This document shows positions 1 through 10,910 of a stretch of 64,000 bases of DNA, piece after piece. The notes under the pieces were generated by a model. That model worked only from the letters and a program-made list of their open reading frames with translations. It made no database searches and was not told the origin of the DNA. The stretch spans positions 620,001-684,000 of the forward strand of contig JAWMAR010000652.1 in the NCBI GenBank assembly GCA_036785375.1, written 5' to 3'. Every line of letters starts with the position of its first letter. The first letter of the stretch is position 1. A program made the position numbers and the translations under genes. This DNA comes from Leucoraja ocellata. Taxonomy: Eukaryota.

Positions 1-221
1 AATGAGAAAACATTTAGAAAGTAAATTACAATGCCACTTTTGTACAACTGTAAAGCATCCCGAGGGCAACTTGCAACAAAACTAGTTACATTTTACTGCC
101 CCCCCAACCCCATCTGTAATTCTGTACCTTTGAATTGTCCTTCAAATTTTATACACAGGCTTCTTTCATTTTAAGATACCGCACACATTTCACAGCAAGA
201 GACTCCAAAACAAGTCAAACT
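1..221 (-). other. ADNP: ADNP 3' UTR (proximal part; continues off the window)
   Basis: Directly downstream of the TAA at 222-224; no repeat sequence recognised. Confidence 0.8.
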
Positions 222-3200
222 TTATGCAGGTTGACTACTTAGCCCAACACCCGATGAAGAGCTGCAAACAGGTTCTGCTACATTATCGGAGAGGCCATCG
301 TTTGACTGATCAAGGAGTTGATCCAGCTCCTCACCTTCACTATCTGCCGTGTTACCTTGCCAATCCAACAATGGATTGGACAGACTCTCCTCATTTTCTG
401 GTGAAACATTCTTCCATTCAGGCTGTTCTTTGGACCACTTTTCTCCTTCATTTTGGAATGGTGCTCCACTCCACTCACCTGGCCCCGCTCCCCAATTTTG
501 TTCATCGTTTTCCAATACAGCTTTTGTTTTCGAGGTCCGAGTGGGCTCCTCCTCCTCTTCACTTTGGGATACATCATCTGTCCAAGGTCGTTTGATCCAA
601 AATTCTTGCTTCAGTTCAGATGAAACATCTTCCTGATCAGAAGCATGCGGCGATGCTAGTCCATCCTCAGTTGGTGAAGCAACATCTTTGCATTCAGAAA
701 GTTGTTCTGAATCTTCACTTTCTGAGTCTTTATCTTTTGATTCTAAAGATGGCGCAGGATATTGCTCCTCATCCATATTTGACACATCATCCTTCAACTC
801 TAATGATGCAGTTGCCGGAAATGCAGGTTTTTGCAATTCATTGTTTAATTCTTCAGGGACCATTTCAGAAGTTTCTTCCCTGCTCGGCAAACCACTCATT
901 TCACTTGATGACAAATCTTCACCAACAAAAGCATTTGTTGCATTTTCCTCCATATTATCAGGACTCGTATTTATAGGACTTGCTTCCACCATCTCAGCAC
1001 TCATGTTCGATGGGCTTTCCTCCACCATCTCAGCACTCATACTTGAAGGGCTTTTTTCCACCATCTGGGAACTCAAATCTAAAGCACTTCCCTCGACCAT
1101 ATCAGAACTTACATTTGAAGGGCTCTCTGTTGCCATCTCAGAACTCATATTTGAAGGACTTTCCTCCACCATCTCAGTGCTCTTGATTGAAGGACTTTCC
1201 TCCACCACCTGAGCACTCAAATCCAATGGTGTTCCCTCCTCCATTGCAGAGCCGGCATTTGAAGGTCTTTCTTCCACCTGAGTGCTCAAGTCTAAAGCAC
1301 TTCCCTCCACGTTTTCTGAACACAGGTTCACAGTTCTTCCTTTCATCTTTCCCAAGTTTGGATTTGAATTTTCCTCCATTTGGGGGCTCAAATCTAAAAC
1401 GGTTCCCTCCAATTTTTCCGGTCCCCGAATCAAATCTCTTCTCCCTTTTCCCAGTTTCTGATTTACTTTTTCTATGCTTGGTTTTAAAGTAACAGATTCT
1501 TTGCCAACTATTTCTGTGTTATTTAGTATATTCCAAGTCGTCCCAAAGTCCATATTGTGCTTTACTTTTCGTGTCTCCATCATGTTAAATCCAAGCAATA
1601 CTTTAGGCCTGTACTTCTCGCAATCTCGAACACATTTCTTCCTCTTATTGCTAAAGTGGGAAGCAATATCAGATTTCCACAACCATAAGCCAGCTGCCAA
1701 CTTTTCAATTTCCCTTCTGCTTGGGTAAGGTTGTTTGTTAAAATAGTTTGTAAGGAACATTTTTCTGGCCTCATAGGACTCATCCTCATAACCCTTGGGA
1801 TCAATAGCTAAAGCTACTGGCTCCTCTGGTTTATCGTCTCCTGGGGTAAAACCCTGAACAGGTTCTTCACCATCCAATTTCCTTTTTTTCATTAAAGCAA
1901 AGTCCCCATATGCATACTCATATTCTCGCTTCATGGGCATTACACTTGGCGAGTGTGTTACCTTGGCATGAGTAAGGCTCCGATCCTGACCATTTTGTGT
2001 TTTTCCAACACCTCTACAGTGCACCAGATGCAATGTTATGGTTGAAGCTGTCATGTTACTCGTGTAGACTCCCAAACAGTGAATGCACTTATAGGTGAGC
2101 TTTTTCTCCACCGGATGAATTGTTTGTATCACCTGATGCCGTTCCCTCAGATGGTGCGCCAAAGCATCAGATATTGGGCCCTTCAAAATAGAAAAGCACA
2201 ATGGACAAAGGGTTTTACCCACATCATTTTTATAGGGAATCTGGGTTTGAGGTATAGAATTCAAATCTGGCTTTATTCTAGATTTGGCCTGTGGTTTTGG
2301 CTGCTGCAACTGCCCTTCTGGCTTTCTAAAACCCAAGTTCTGATTCTGGGGCCGATAATTTGTATTCTCCACCGAGGTACTCTCAGATGTACTGTATGTA
2401 GTAACATGGAGCTGTATATTACTGCGACTACCTTTCTGTGTAGACAGATCAAAGGTCAACGTTGATTCAGTCTTGGGTCCCACTTCTTCATCAATGTGAA
2501 GGATTCTTACATGTTCAGCCATCTTGTCAACATCATTGAAAGTGGAACGACAGTAGGGACACGAGAGTCCATGGATAAGCATATGGTTAAGCAGTGTTTC
2601 ACTGGGTAAATAGCGATTACAGTAGAGACATTTGCTTGTGAAACTGTTGATCTTCTGAATGTAATTAGCTACAGCCTGGATCTTTTCAGCTTTATGCTCC
2701 TTTTCAAAGTGTATGCTGTACACACTTTCTGGAAAAAGCTCATTACACATTGTGCAAATCTTCCACTTCTGAGCAGCAGACCCTGCTAACGCAGGGCTCT
2801 GGTTAGCAGAATTAGTTGGGGAAGTTAGTGACTTTACTGCTGAAGCAGATAATCCTTGCATCCTCTGAGCTTGAGAAATATTGTACTGTGACTGTTTCAT
2901 TGATCCACTATTACCAGTCATGCTCCCCGACTGAACATTATATTGCATCTGCGATGCTCTCCTCTGTTCACCGGCACCAACTCCATATTGTCGCCCATTG
3001 CCACCAGAGATCAACTGCTTTACTGTTTGTGGTCGCTGCTGCATAGAAACTGGTAAACCACCTGGCAGTGGGAGCCTCATTTGTTGACCCAAAGAATAGT
3101 TATGTGCCATCGATGAAACCGCATACTTTGGTGGCAGACGACCACCACCCGACATAAGATTGACAGCCGAATTCTGTGCATTTTTTGACATGGATGCACG

Positions 3201-3890
3201 ATTCATATTCTGCTGCATTGAACCTTTCCCACCCTGATAATTTCCAGCTGCTAAAGCCTTGTCATGTGGCTTTGGTGCTATCAGCATCAAGGGTTTTGAT
3301 CTTGGAACAACCACATTAGTATGCCCTATCATAGCTGTTACTTGGTATCCTATTCGTTCATGGTCTTCAATAACATGCTGCACCAAGGCTTCGTAAGTTT
3401 TGGGTATGAAGAGACAACGTTTACAATGCACAGTCCCATCCTCTCTTCCATTAGTGGCAGAAAATGTTCCATTCACTGACTTGTCTGCTGTTCTTGCCAC
3501 ATAAGGGGCTGCCACATGCTGAAAATGTTCCCTGTAAATATGCTTCCTGACAACATCATAAAGGGGATCACGGTAAGTACACTTCTTGCAGTAATAGACT
3601 GCTTGTTCCACACTGTCACCATGCTTCAGTTTAAGACTGCTATCCTGCTTTGACTTTTCATGGTGTGCATTCTTGCCTCCACTAGGTACTTTCCAGAGAG
3701 GAACATGAAATATTTTGATATGGGTCTCCAAGGTCTTTCTGTCGGCATTGTAGGGACAATAAGGGCAATTAATGAGGATTTTGTTTTCAAAATCTTCACT
3801 ATGAACATTTCGGAAGTGGCTTTTGTAGGCAGAAAAAAATTTGGATGCAAAAGGACAAGCGCTGCAGCAAAATGGTTTTGTACGATAATC
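222..3890 (-). CDS. ADNP: ADNP (activity-dependent neuroprotector homeobox protein), large terminal coding exon, 1222 aa plus stop
   Basis: Acceptor tgtttttcag|GAT at 3891/3890. Translation [14 protein letters not shown]... shows the ADNP C2H2 zinc-finger array, the homeodomain ([38 protein letters not shown]), a PxVxL motif (PKVLL) and a C-terminus (GVGLSSQPA) resembling human ADNP (GVKLSSQQA). The first 5 aa of the track ORF (MFVFQ) are intronic. Confidence 0.98.
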   Translation of the reverse strand, partial: DYRTKPFCCSACPFASKFFSAYKSHFRNVHSEDFENKILINCPYCPYNADRKTLETHIKIFHVPLWKVPSGGKNAHHEKSKQDSSLKLKHGDSVEQAVYYCKKCTYRDPLYDVVRKHIYREHFQHVAAPYVARTADKSVNGTFSATNGREDGTVHCKRCLFIPKTYEALVQHVIEDHERIGYQVTAMIGHTNVVVPRSKPLMLIAPKPHDKALAAGNYQGGKGSMQQNMNRASMSKNAQNSAVNLMSGGGRLPPKYAVSSMAHNYSLGQQMRLPLPGGLPVSMQQRPQTVKQLISGGNGRQYGVGAGEQRRASQMQYNVQSGSMTGNSGSMKQSQYNISQAQRMQGLSASAVKSLTSPTNSANQSPALAGSAAQKWKICTMCNELFPESVYSIHFEKEHKAEKIQAVANYIQKINSFTSKCLYCNRYLPSETLLNHMLIHGLSCPYCRSTFNDVDKMAEHVRILHIDEEVGPKTESTLTFDLSTQKGSRSNIQLHVTTYSTSESTSVENTNYRPQNQNLGFRKPEGQLQQPKPQAKSRIKPDLNSIPQTQIPYKNDVGKTLCPLCFSILKGPISDALAHHLRERHQVIQTIHPVEKKLTYKCIHCLGVYTSNMTASTITLHLVHCRGVGKTQNGQDRSLTHAKVTHSPSVMPMKREYEYAYGDFALMKKRKLDGEEPVQGFTPGDDKPEEPVALAIDPKGYEDESYEARKMFLTNYFNKQPYPSRREIEKLAAGLWLWKSDIASHFSNKRKKCVRDCEKYRPKVLLGFNMMETRKVKHNMDFGTTWNILNNTEIVGKESVTLKPSIEKVNQKLGKGRRDLIRGPEKLEGTVLDLSPQMEENSNPNLGKMKGRTVNLCSENVEGSALDLSTQVEERPSNAGSAMEEGTPLDLSAQVVEESPSIKSTEMVEESPSNMSSEMATESPSNVSSDMVEGSALDLSSQMVEKSPSSMSAEMVEESPSNMSAEMVEASPINTSPDNMEENATNAFVGEDLSSSEMSGLPSREETSEMVPEELNNELQKPAFPATASLELKDDVSNMDEEQYPAPSLESKDKDSESEDSEQLSECKDVASPTEDGLASPHASDQEDVSSELKQEFWIKRPWTDDVSQSEEEEEPTRTSKTKAVLENDEQNWGAGPGEWSGAPFQNEGEKWSKEQPEWKNVSPENEESLSNPLLDWQGNTADSEGEELDQLLDQSNDGLSDNVAEPVCSSSSGVGLSSQPA
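960..1410 (-). repeat. Coding tandem repeat in ADNP, about 12-aa (36-nt) units, acidic and Ser/Pro-rich
   Basis: A tccacc-like register recurs at 985, 1021, 1057, 1093, 1129, 1165 and 1201 (exact 36-nt period), with more degenerate 11-12 aa units to about 1410. Peptide units include [12 protein letters not shown] and [12 protein letters not shown]. Confidence 0.9.
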
Positions 3891-4410
3891 CTGAAAAACA
3901 AACAAAAAATGTTTAGGTCATATTGCAATGTAAATCAATCTAATATTACTTCATTTATGATTTAAACAAAACTATTAGAATACTGTAAATTGCATAAATA
4001 TAGATACACAATTTTTTTTCAATTTTAGAAGTTTAATTTTTAAATTCACTACCAAAAACTGCTCTAAATCAGTTATCTGTTATTTAGCCATGATATAGTT
4101 TTAGTGTCTACACAAGAATAGTACAGATACTACTTTACAAGTTGTGTCGATACTACAGTTAGCAGTGAGGCTTGAGACAACTGAATACATATATACAACA
4201 TATTTCAACTGCACTAAACTACAATTCACATATACAGAGAGATGCATCAAATGTCTTGAACTGCCGGTACAGTGGATTTACCAACACAATCATCGAACCA
4301 TTAGTTAAAAAATTGCAGATAAAGATCTTCCTGTTAACTAGTTATAGCTGCATCACAGATGTAACCATAACTTAACCGTCAATATATTCAAAATCTGAAA
4401 TAAAACCAAC

Positions 4411-4503
4411 CTGCAGCTTTGTGGAAGAAGGATCCCAAAGCGAGACATCATCCCAAGTAGTGTTTTTTAGGTAGAAATCATTTGGTTCAAACTGTTTAAA
4501 ATC
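4411..4503 (-). CDS. ADNP: ADNP second coding exon (93 nt, [31 protein letters not shown])
   Basis: ttccag| acceptor and |gttggt donor; phase 0 at both ends; near-identical to human ADNP aa 37-67 as recalled. Confidence 0.97.
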
Positions 4504-5859
4504 CTGGAATAAGAGCAATTATACTATTGAATTCATTGGTTCTTAAAAACCTTTCCTGAAGCTTTGTCAAAACAATGTTCTAACAATTTCTATATTTACA
4601 CGCAATATAAATCCTATAAAACTGTAAGCAGCAAAATGATACAAACTTCAATTCTGAAAATGCAGTATTACTTCAGTAGTAATTTGTCCAATAGTTGCAA
4701 ATTCAATGCCAAAGCATTCAACTGCTGTCACAGCAGGAGTGGCCAGACAAATGACAATGCATCTTATAGTAAAGCATGATTATCACTCATTCCCATGCAA
4801 ATTTTTGTCCCTAGAGTGCAATTCCAACTCCCCTTTTCAAGCCTTGTATAATCTTTTACAGGGCTCTTACGGTCACTGTTCCAGGTTATAAATATACACT
4901 TATTCAACCGAGGTTACATTTCTACAAATTAATAATAGTCTATTTGCAACCCACCAATATTTTATGCAAGATTACGATTATTCCCCTATATATTCTATCC
5001 AAATTTGAATTTTGTGCCACCTTGTCTTTGAAGCATTGCTTCTAAGTACAGTTCACTACTTTCTATATTAAAACAGTCATGGTTTTATATATCTTCAATC
5101 TTCTTCTCAACCGCCAATGCTCTGAAAAGAGTCATCCAAACTTTAAGTCTAACATCAGCCTGGAATCTTTTTTTTTAAATTTTTTTTTAATATAAGTCTT
5201 GGATCTACACAACCTCTCTTAACAGTAGTGGCCAGAATTGGATACAATCCTCTTGTTGTGGCCAAACAAATAACGTATACCCTGTCCTCATCAACTTGTG
5301 GGGATCTTATGCAGTTTTCCTGCGTTTACATTCTTTGCCATAAACTTTACTCACCACTCCATCAATGCATAACAATACATCAAGTACAATGCCATTTGAT
5401 CTACACCGTCTCATTCTTTCTGCCAATTACTTTATTTAATTGTATTAAATTCCATCTGCCACTTCAATGTGGCACGGTGGCACAATTCCACATTGTGCCA
5501 CCCTGTCTTCTTGCAGTCTCCTACTTTCTTCGTCACTGTTTACCATCATTTCAAGTTCTGCATTATTAGAAATTTTACCCTACATATCCAGATCCAACCA
5601 GCACTTGTGGCGTTATGGAATAAATTTAGTAAAGCTCTGTAATAATTTGTCATCCAGAAGAGCATCCTTTTATCACATCAGAATAACATCTCCCTACCAT
5701 AGCAATTTCTACAACTTAAGAACAGCAAATTCTGGACCATCTTATAATAAATGTAATAATTGCCTTAACTTGCTATGTTCATTTTGAAATGCTAACAAAA
5801 TCCTGGTACAATTAGGATGTGATATAATTTTAACCCCTTCCAAAATGCATTCTACTTAC

Positions 5860-5967
5860 CTCAATATGGTCTTTACAATAATCTAACCCAATATCAGTAA
5901 GGATTTTTTTCACCGTTTTACGAGCTTTTCTTAGATTTGCAAGGTTGTTAACAGGAAGCTGGTACAT
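5860..5967 (-). CDS. ADNP: ADNP first coding exon (108 nt [39 protein letters not shown]); the exon starts at 5972
   Basis: gaacag|AAACT-ATG with a GAG|gtaagt donor; matches the ADNP N-terminus [36 protein letters not shown]. The spliced CDS is 36+31+1222 = 1289 aa. Confidence 0.97.
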
Positions 5968-6654
5968 AGTTTCTGTTCAAACCAAAAAGAGCACAGGTAA
6001 GCCCCGATGGAATTATTTTCAAAATAAGGTTAAATTACCAAGAACTACTTATATCATTAAGCAAACCAAGTGACACCACTGTAGGAATGAAATCTATTTA
6101 TTTATTTATTTAAATCTTTATTTCGTGCAGAATAAAAGAATAAAAGGCGTGTGAAACAGCATACAAAAAACAAAACTAGAATATTTATAAAGTGTCATAA
6201 ATAATATCTATAAATAAATCAAATCGTACGTGTCCGAAAAGGAGCAGGAAGAAGCCAAAGCTTATTAATTCCCACCCCTTATTCAACTGCTTATAATTAT
6301 CTTATACAAATTTAGCAGCTATATGTACACCAGCAGCTATATGTGCACCAAATTATTTACATTTATACACTAATAAAATATTTACAAAGCCATACAAAAA
6401 AAGAGAAAAGAAAAGAAAAAACCCTCATATACTATACAGTATATCTTAGTCATATTTACAAATAAATATACATGTGCATTTTCTTTGATGTGTATGGATT
6501 TCTTCAAATGCTTAATATCCTATTCCATTAACGACTATGTTCAAATTTCATACCAGATTCCACTTTACTTGTGAACTGATCAATCAAGCTTGAGAGGTAA
6601 AAATGAGCAGGACAGCAAAGATTTGTATAACACCGATGAATTCTGAAATCATGG

Positions 6655-7177
6655 AAATGACCGATGAAGTCTCACAAGGGGAACTGATCCAGAAGATTAA
6701 GACCCATTGTGACTTGGTCATTTGGATTCAGAACTGACTCAGAGGACAGAGGGTTGTGGTGGAAAGGTTGGAAGTCTGAGACCAGCTGAAATTACGCAGG
6801 TATGTGCTAGGGCTATGGTGTTTCTGAAAAATATACAAACTAGGATATTCATGTAAATGTTTAAGAAGGAACTGCAGATGCTGGAAAATCGAAAGTAGAC
6901 AAAAGAGCTGGAGAAACTCAGCGGGTGAGGCAGATTCTATGGAGCAAAGGAACTAGGCAACGTATCGGGCCGAAACCCTTCTTCCATTCAGAAGGGTTTT
7001 GGCCCGAAACGTTGCCTATTAATGTAAATGGGTTGGTTAGTAGGTTTGCAGATGACACCAAAACCAGTGAAGTGAGGAAGGCTGCCAAAGTATTCATTGC
7101 CTTATAAGATCAGCTATAGTAATGTACGGAGAAAAAGCAGATGGAGTTTAATCCGACTGAGCACAAGGTGTAGCATT

Positions 7178-7212
<35 letters not shown>

Positions 7213-7770
7213 GGGGGGGGTCAAATGTATGGGGAAAGTATGCAGTTAATGGCAAGAGCCTTAACTGCATTGTTATACAGAGGGATCTTGGGGTTCAAGT
7301 CCATAGTTCCCTGAATGTATGAACACATGGATAAAGGCAGCATATGGTTTGCTCAACTTCATCAGTCAGGGCATGAGTATGTGCAGCTTGATAGAGGAGT
7401 CTGGTTAGCTCGCATTTACAATATCGTGCACAGTTCTGATTGCTCCATCACTAGGACATGAAGGCTTTGTCGAGGACACAACAGATTTACTGGGATGCTG
7501 CCGTGATTAGAGGGTATTAGCTAGAAAAGGTTGGAGAAGCTTGGATTATTTTCTCTGGAGAATCATTATTTTCCAGGGGACACCCGACACATAGGTATGT
7601 AAAAAAATGTGAGAGGCATAGGATAGGGTAGACCCTATCCCTTTTCTCCCCTTGGTCGAAATGTCAAACTTTAAAGTGAGACAGGCAAAATTTAAATGAG
7701 ATGTGCAGGGCACATTGCTTATTTTATTTTATAGGGTGTGGTGGGTTGCCTGAAACGATCTGTCAAGAGT
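6655..7770 (+). mobile_element. Degraded CR1 LINE fragment (hosts nested insertions and a poly-G run)
   Basis: RFADDTK and ttggagaagcttggattattttctctggag remnants; boundaries approximate. Confidence 0.7.
6860..7021. mobile_element. Penelope-derived short element with an inverted terminal segment, inserted in a CR1 fragment
   Basis: 29-bp inverted arms at 6954-6982 and 6990-7018 (2 mismatches); TSD ATGTAAATG at 6851-6859 and 7022-7030. Confidence 0.82.
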
Positions 7771-7793
7771 GAAAATGGGGGTAGGTATTCTAA

Positions 7794-8001
7794 TGCCCCG
7801 TCCCACTTTTAGGAAACCTGAACGGAAACCTCTGGAGACTTTGTGCCCCACCCAAGGTTACCGTGCGGTTCCTGGAGGTTTTTGTCAGTTTCACTACCTG
7901 CAACCTCCGGCAACCACCTGCAACCTCCGGCAACCACATGGAAACCTCGGGTGGGGCGCAAAGTCTCCAGAGGTTTCCGTTTCCTAAGCGGGACAGGGAC
8001 A
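7794..8001. mobile_element. Palindromic MITE (PIF/Harbinger-like termini)
   Basis: Termini tgccccgtcccactt ... aagcgggacagggaca; about 40-bp internal inverted arms cggaaacctctggagactttg.gccccaccc; central acctgcaacctccggcaacc repeated twice. The superfamily assignment is tentative. Confidence 0.7.
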
Positions 8002-8377
8002 AAATAATCTTTTAAGAACCTTTGATCTGCTGGATTCCAGAGCCTCGACCGCAGGAGGCAATTTCAACCCACCGATCGGCCGCATAGGTGCCAATGAGGT
8101 TGAGATCGGTCCCCTCAACCAGCCTGGGCACATTTTCGGTGGGGATTTCTGGAAGGGGGGGGTTCAAGTGTGCTCTCGAGGATTTTTTCCCCCAGTTTAA
8201 AGGAAGTGCCAGACCACCAGTTATCAGAAAATCAATGGTGGACCTGTAGTAGCAGGACTGTGAAACATCCACAAACAAAGGGAATATCACATCAAACTAA
8301 ACATCTTAGGCTTTATGATAACGATGCTCTGTGGAGCACACGCAACAGGTATGTATTGATATAAAATTGTAGGGGAG

Positions 8378-8547
8378 AATTCAAAGTGCTGGAATAACCC
8401 AACAGATCAGGCATCATGTCTGGGGGACATGGATAGGTGACATCTTGGAATGCCGCCTACCCATGTCCGCCAGAGATGCTGCCTGACCTATTGAGCAACC
8501 AGCGCTTTGTGTTCTACGCAAGATTCCATCATCTGAAGCTTCTTGTA
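8378..8547. mobile_element. Older head-to-head Penelope-derived element
   Basis: caaagtgctgg...cagatcaggcatc is mirrored by gatgctgcctgacc...ccagcgctttg. Confidence 0.65.
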
Positions 8548-9371
8548 ACCGACTCAGAAAGTTGTCTGACAGAAAATAATAATAATTAAAGAAAGGTAAA
8601 CGATTTTCAAGATTTTGTTAATTTTCAGACCTCGCAACTGTTATAAGAAATTAAAAAACATTAGATTCTGTGTCTGTGTCTAACCGTTCCAAGAATTGCT
8701 AGAGTGCAGTGAACTCAAATAAACCTGGTAGAATTCAGGGTCTGGATTCATGCATGAAGAATGGTAATTATGTTGATGTGGCACAGCTATACAAGTAATT
8801 TTGAAACCAAACCCAGAGATGGGGTTTAAACAGTGGATTATTCACATGCACCTAATAGTATAACACACACCAGGAAATAACTTAAATCCATACTTTTACC
8901 AATGCCCCTTAAATCAAATCTCCATGTCTCAACATGACAGTTCTCTGATAAGATTTCCCAAAATTCAACAAAACCCCCAATATCACTCTAATATTTCCAT
9001 AAATATTGGTAGGAGGAATCAAAAAGCAGATTATTTAAATGGCAAGAGCCTGCAAATGAGTCAAGTTCAGAGATTTAATTATTGTAGTGCACAAATGAAG
9101 GAGTTGTGTTACCAATAAGCTGCACCGATTGAGTCTGCATTCCTTGGAGTGTAGAAGAATGTTGGTTGACCTTCCTCAAAAAGATCCTAAGAGGTTGGAC
9201 AGGGAGGATTTAATTATTTTCATAAGTGGAAGTCACAAACTATGGGGACATCCCCACAAAATAAAGGGCTGGTAAGTTAAATTAAAATGCAAGGAGATTT
9301 TAAGCGCAGTGAAGTTCTGGAATGCTCTGTTACAGAGGTTGAGGATAGCCAGACCATTAGATATCTATTGT

Positions 9372-9842
9372 GGACAATAGACAATAGGTGCAGGAGTAGG
9401 CATTCGGCCCTTCAAGCCAGCACCGCCATTCAATGTGATCATGGTTGATCATCCACAATCAGTACCCCGTTCCTGCCCATATCCCCTGACTCCGCTATCT
9501 TTAAGAGCCCTATCTAGCTCTCACTTGAACGTATCCAGAGAACCAGCCTCCACCGCACTCCGAGGCAGAGAATTCCACACTCACAACTCTGTGTGAAAAA
9601 GTGTTTCCTCGTCTCCGTTCTAAATGGCTTACCCCTTATTCTTAAACTCTGGCCCCCGGTTCTGGACTCCCCCAACATCGGGAACATGTTTCCTGGCTCT
9701 AGCGTGCCCAAACCCATAATAATTTTATGTTTCAAGAAGATCCCCTTCAAAATCATCCTTCAAAATTCCAGAGTATACAAGCCCAGCCGCTCCATTCTCT
9801 CAGCATATAACAGTTCCGCCATCCCGCGAATTAATCTTGTGA
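9372..9842 (-). mobile_element. CR1 LINE 3' end, nested in an older plus-strand CR1 (about 9000-9965)
   Basis: NMFPMLGESRT..SLRIRG.PF.TE peptide; 3' tail ...cctactcctgcacctattgtctattgtc. Confidence 0.88.
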
Positions 9843-10294
9843 CTTGTGATGGATAAATATTGGAAAGATCAAGGAATTGAGGGTTATAGGGAACTGCAGA
9901 AGAGGTACAAGGCAACCTCTTGGCTATTATCATATTTAATGGTGGGGCAAGCTTGAGCTCCTTCCTTCATTGTTTTCTTGAAATCTCTTTTGAATACTTT
10001 CATGAGAAGTGAATTAAGTTCCAAATTGTAACAAGTGGAGTTTAGACTCCAGGAAGTTACAGAAACCAGAATTAGAGAACAGTTTGCACCCCCTGGAGGC
10101 CACACACACACAATATATTAAATATTACTGATGCGGAAAACTGCAAATAAAGTAATGAAAACTGGAAATACTCCAGTGGATCAGCATTAGTGGAGAGCAT
10201 TAAAGTTAATGTTTTACATTGAGAATATTTCTTTAAATACCTGAATCAGCAAAAGTCTGTATTTTAGATGCCAATACATTAAATAAACCCTCAC

Positions 10295-10341
10295 CTGAAC
10301 TTTTGTCCCCAGATTTAACAGTTTGTGGATGAAGGGGATCT
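10295..10341 (-). other. ADNP: Candidate ADNP 5' non-coding exon (47 nt)
   Basis: Pyrimidine-rich acceptor tactttgtttcctacag| and strong donor CAG|gtgagg in non-repetitive DNA. Based on splice signals only. Confidence 0.45.
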
Positions 10342-10819
10342 CTGTAGGAAACAAAGTACAACTTTTGAATGGACAAAATGTCAAAACAACTCAGCATGAA
10401 AATTAAAAGGCTAATCAGAAAGAGAGATATGTAATAAATTGTTCAAACGTAGGCACATTGAACTAATTTGAGATAGCCTATTTACTATCAGTTGGGCAGT
10501 TACAACAGATGCTTCATAAGAAACATTTTTGGTGAGCACGCCTGACATTCCAGGTTGCATATTTGATATTTTAAATAATCTGAAAATGACCGAGTGTTTG
10601 ATTTGAAGTAATTCCAGGTAAGAAAAGATATTCTACAGAAGATATCAGATATTATAATAGATATCAGGGAATTTGCAACCTGTTTATTGGATTACAGATT
10701 AAATTTTACACATTTACATTTGGAAATTTAGATTAAAAAGATCACCTAATTAAACAATCAAATAAACTCAAATAAATTAGAGCTTTCTGTCTAAAGGAAA
10801 TGTCTAAAGGAAAGTATAC

Positions 10820-10910
10820 CTTCAATAGATGTTAATTTGGTGCACAATTTCTCTTTTCCTTCGCCCTCAATTGTATCATGCCACTGATCAGTCTTTTCCA
10901 ACCAAGCAAT
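10820..10910 (-). other. ADNP: Candidate ADNP 5' non-coding exon (91 nt)
   Basis: Acceptor tttcaatctcatttacctag|, purine-rich body, donor AAG|gtatac. Based on splice signals only. Confidence 0.4.

Noticed and set aside
688-1212. 174-aa Ser-rich plus-strand ORF and other ORFs overlapping ADNP
   Set aside because: Antisense shadows of the ADNP acidic repeat region; low complexity with no independent gene signals.
3891-3905. Apparent start MFVFQ of the 1227-aa ORF
   Set aside because: It is the polypyrimidine tract and acceptor of the intron. The true start is the ATG at 5967.
7179-7220. Long poly-G run (also 23677-23696), a possible G-quadruplex
   Set aside because: Homopolymer inside a decayed repeat; length is unreliable in assemblies and there is no evidence of function.
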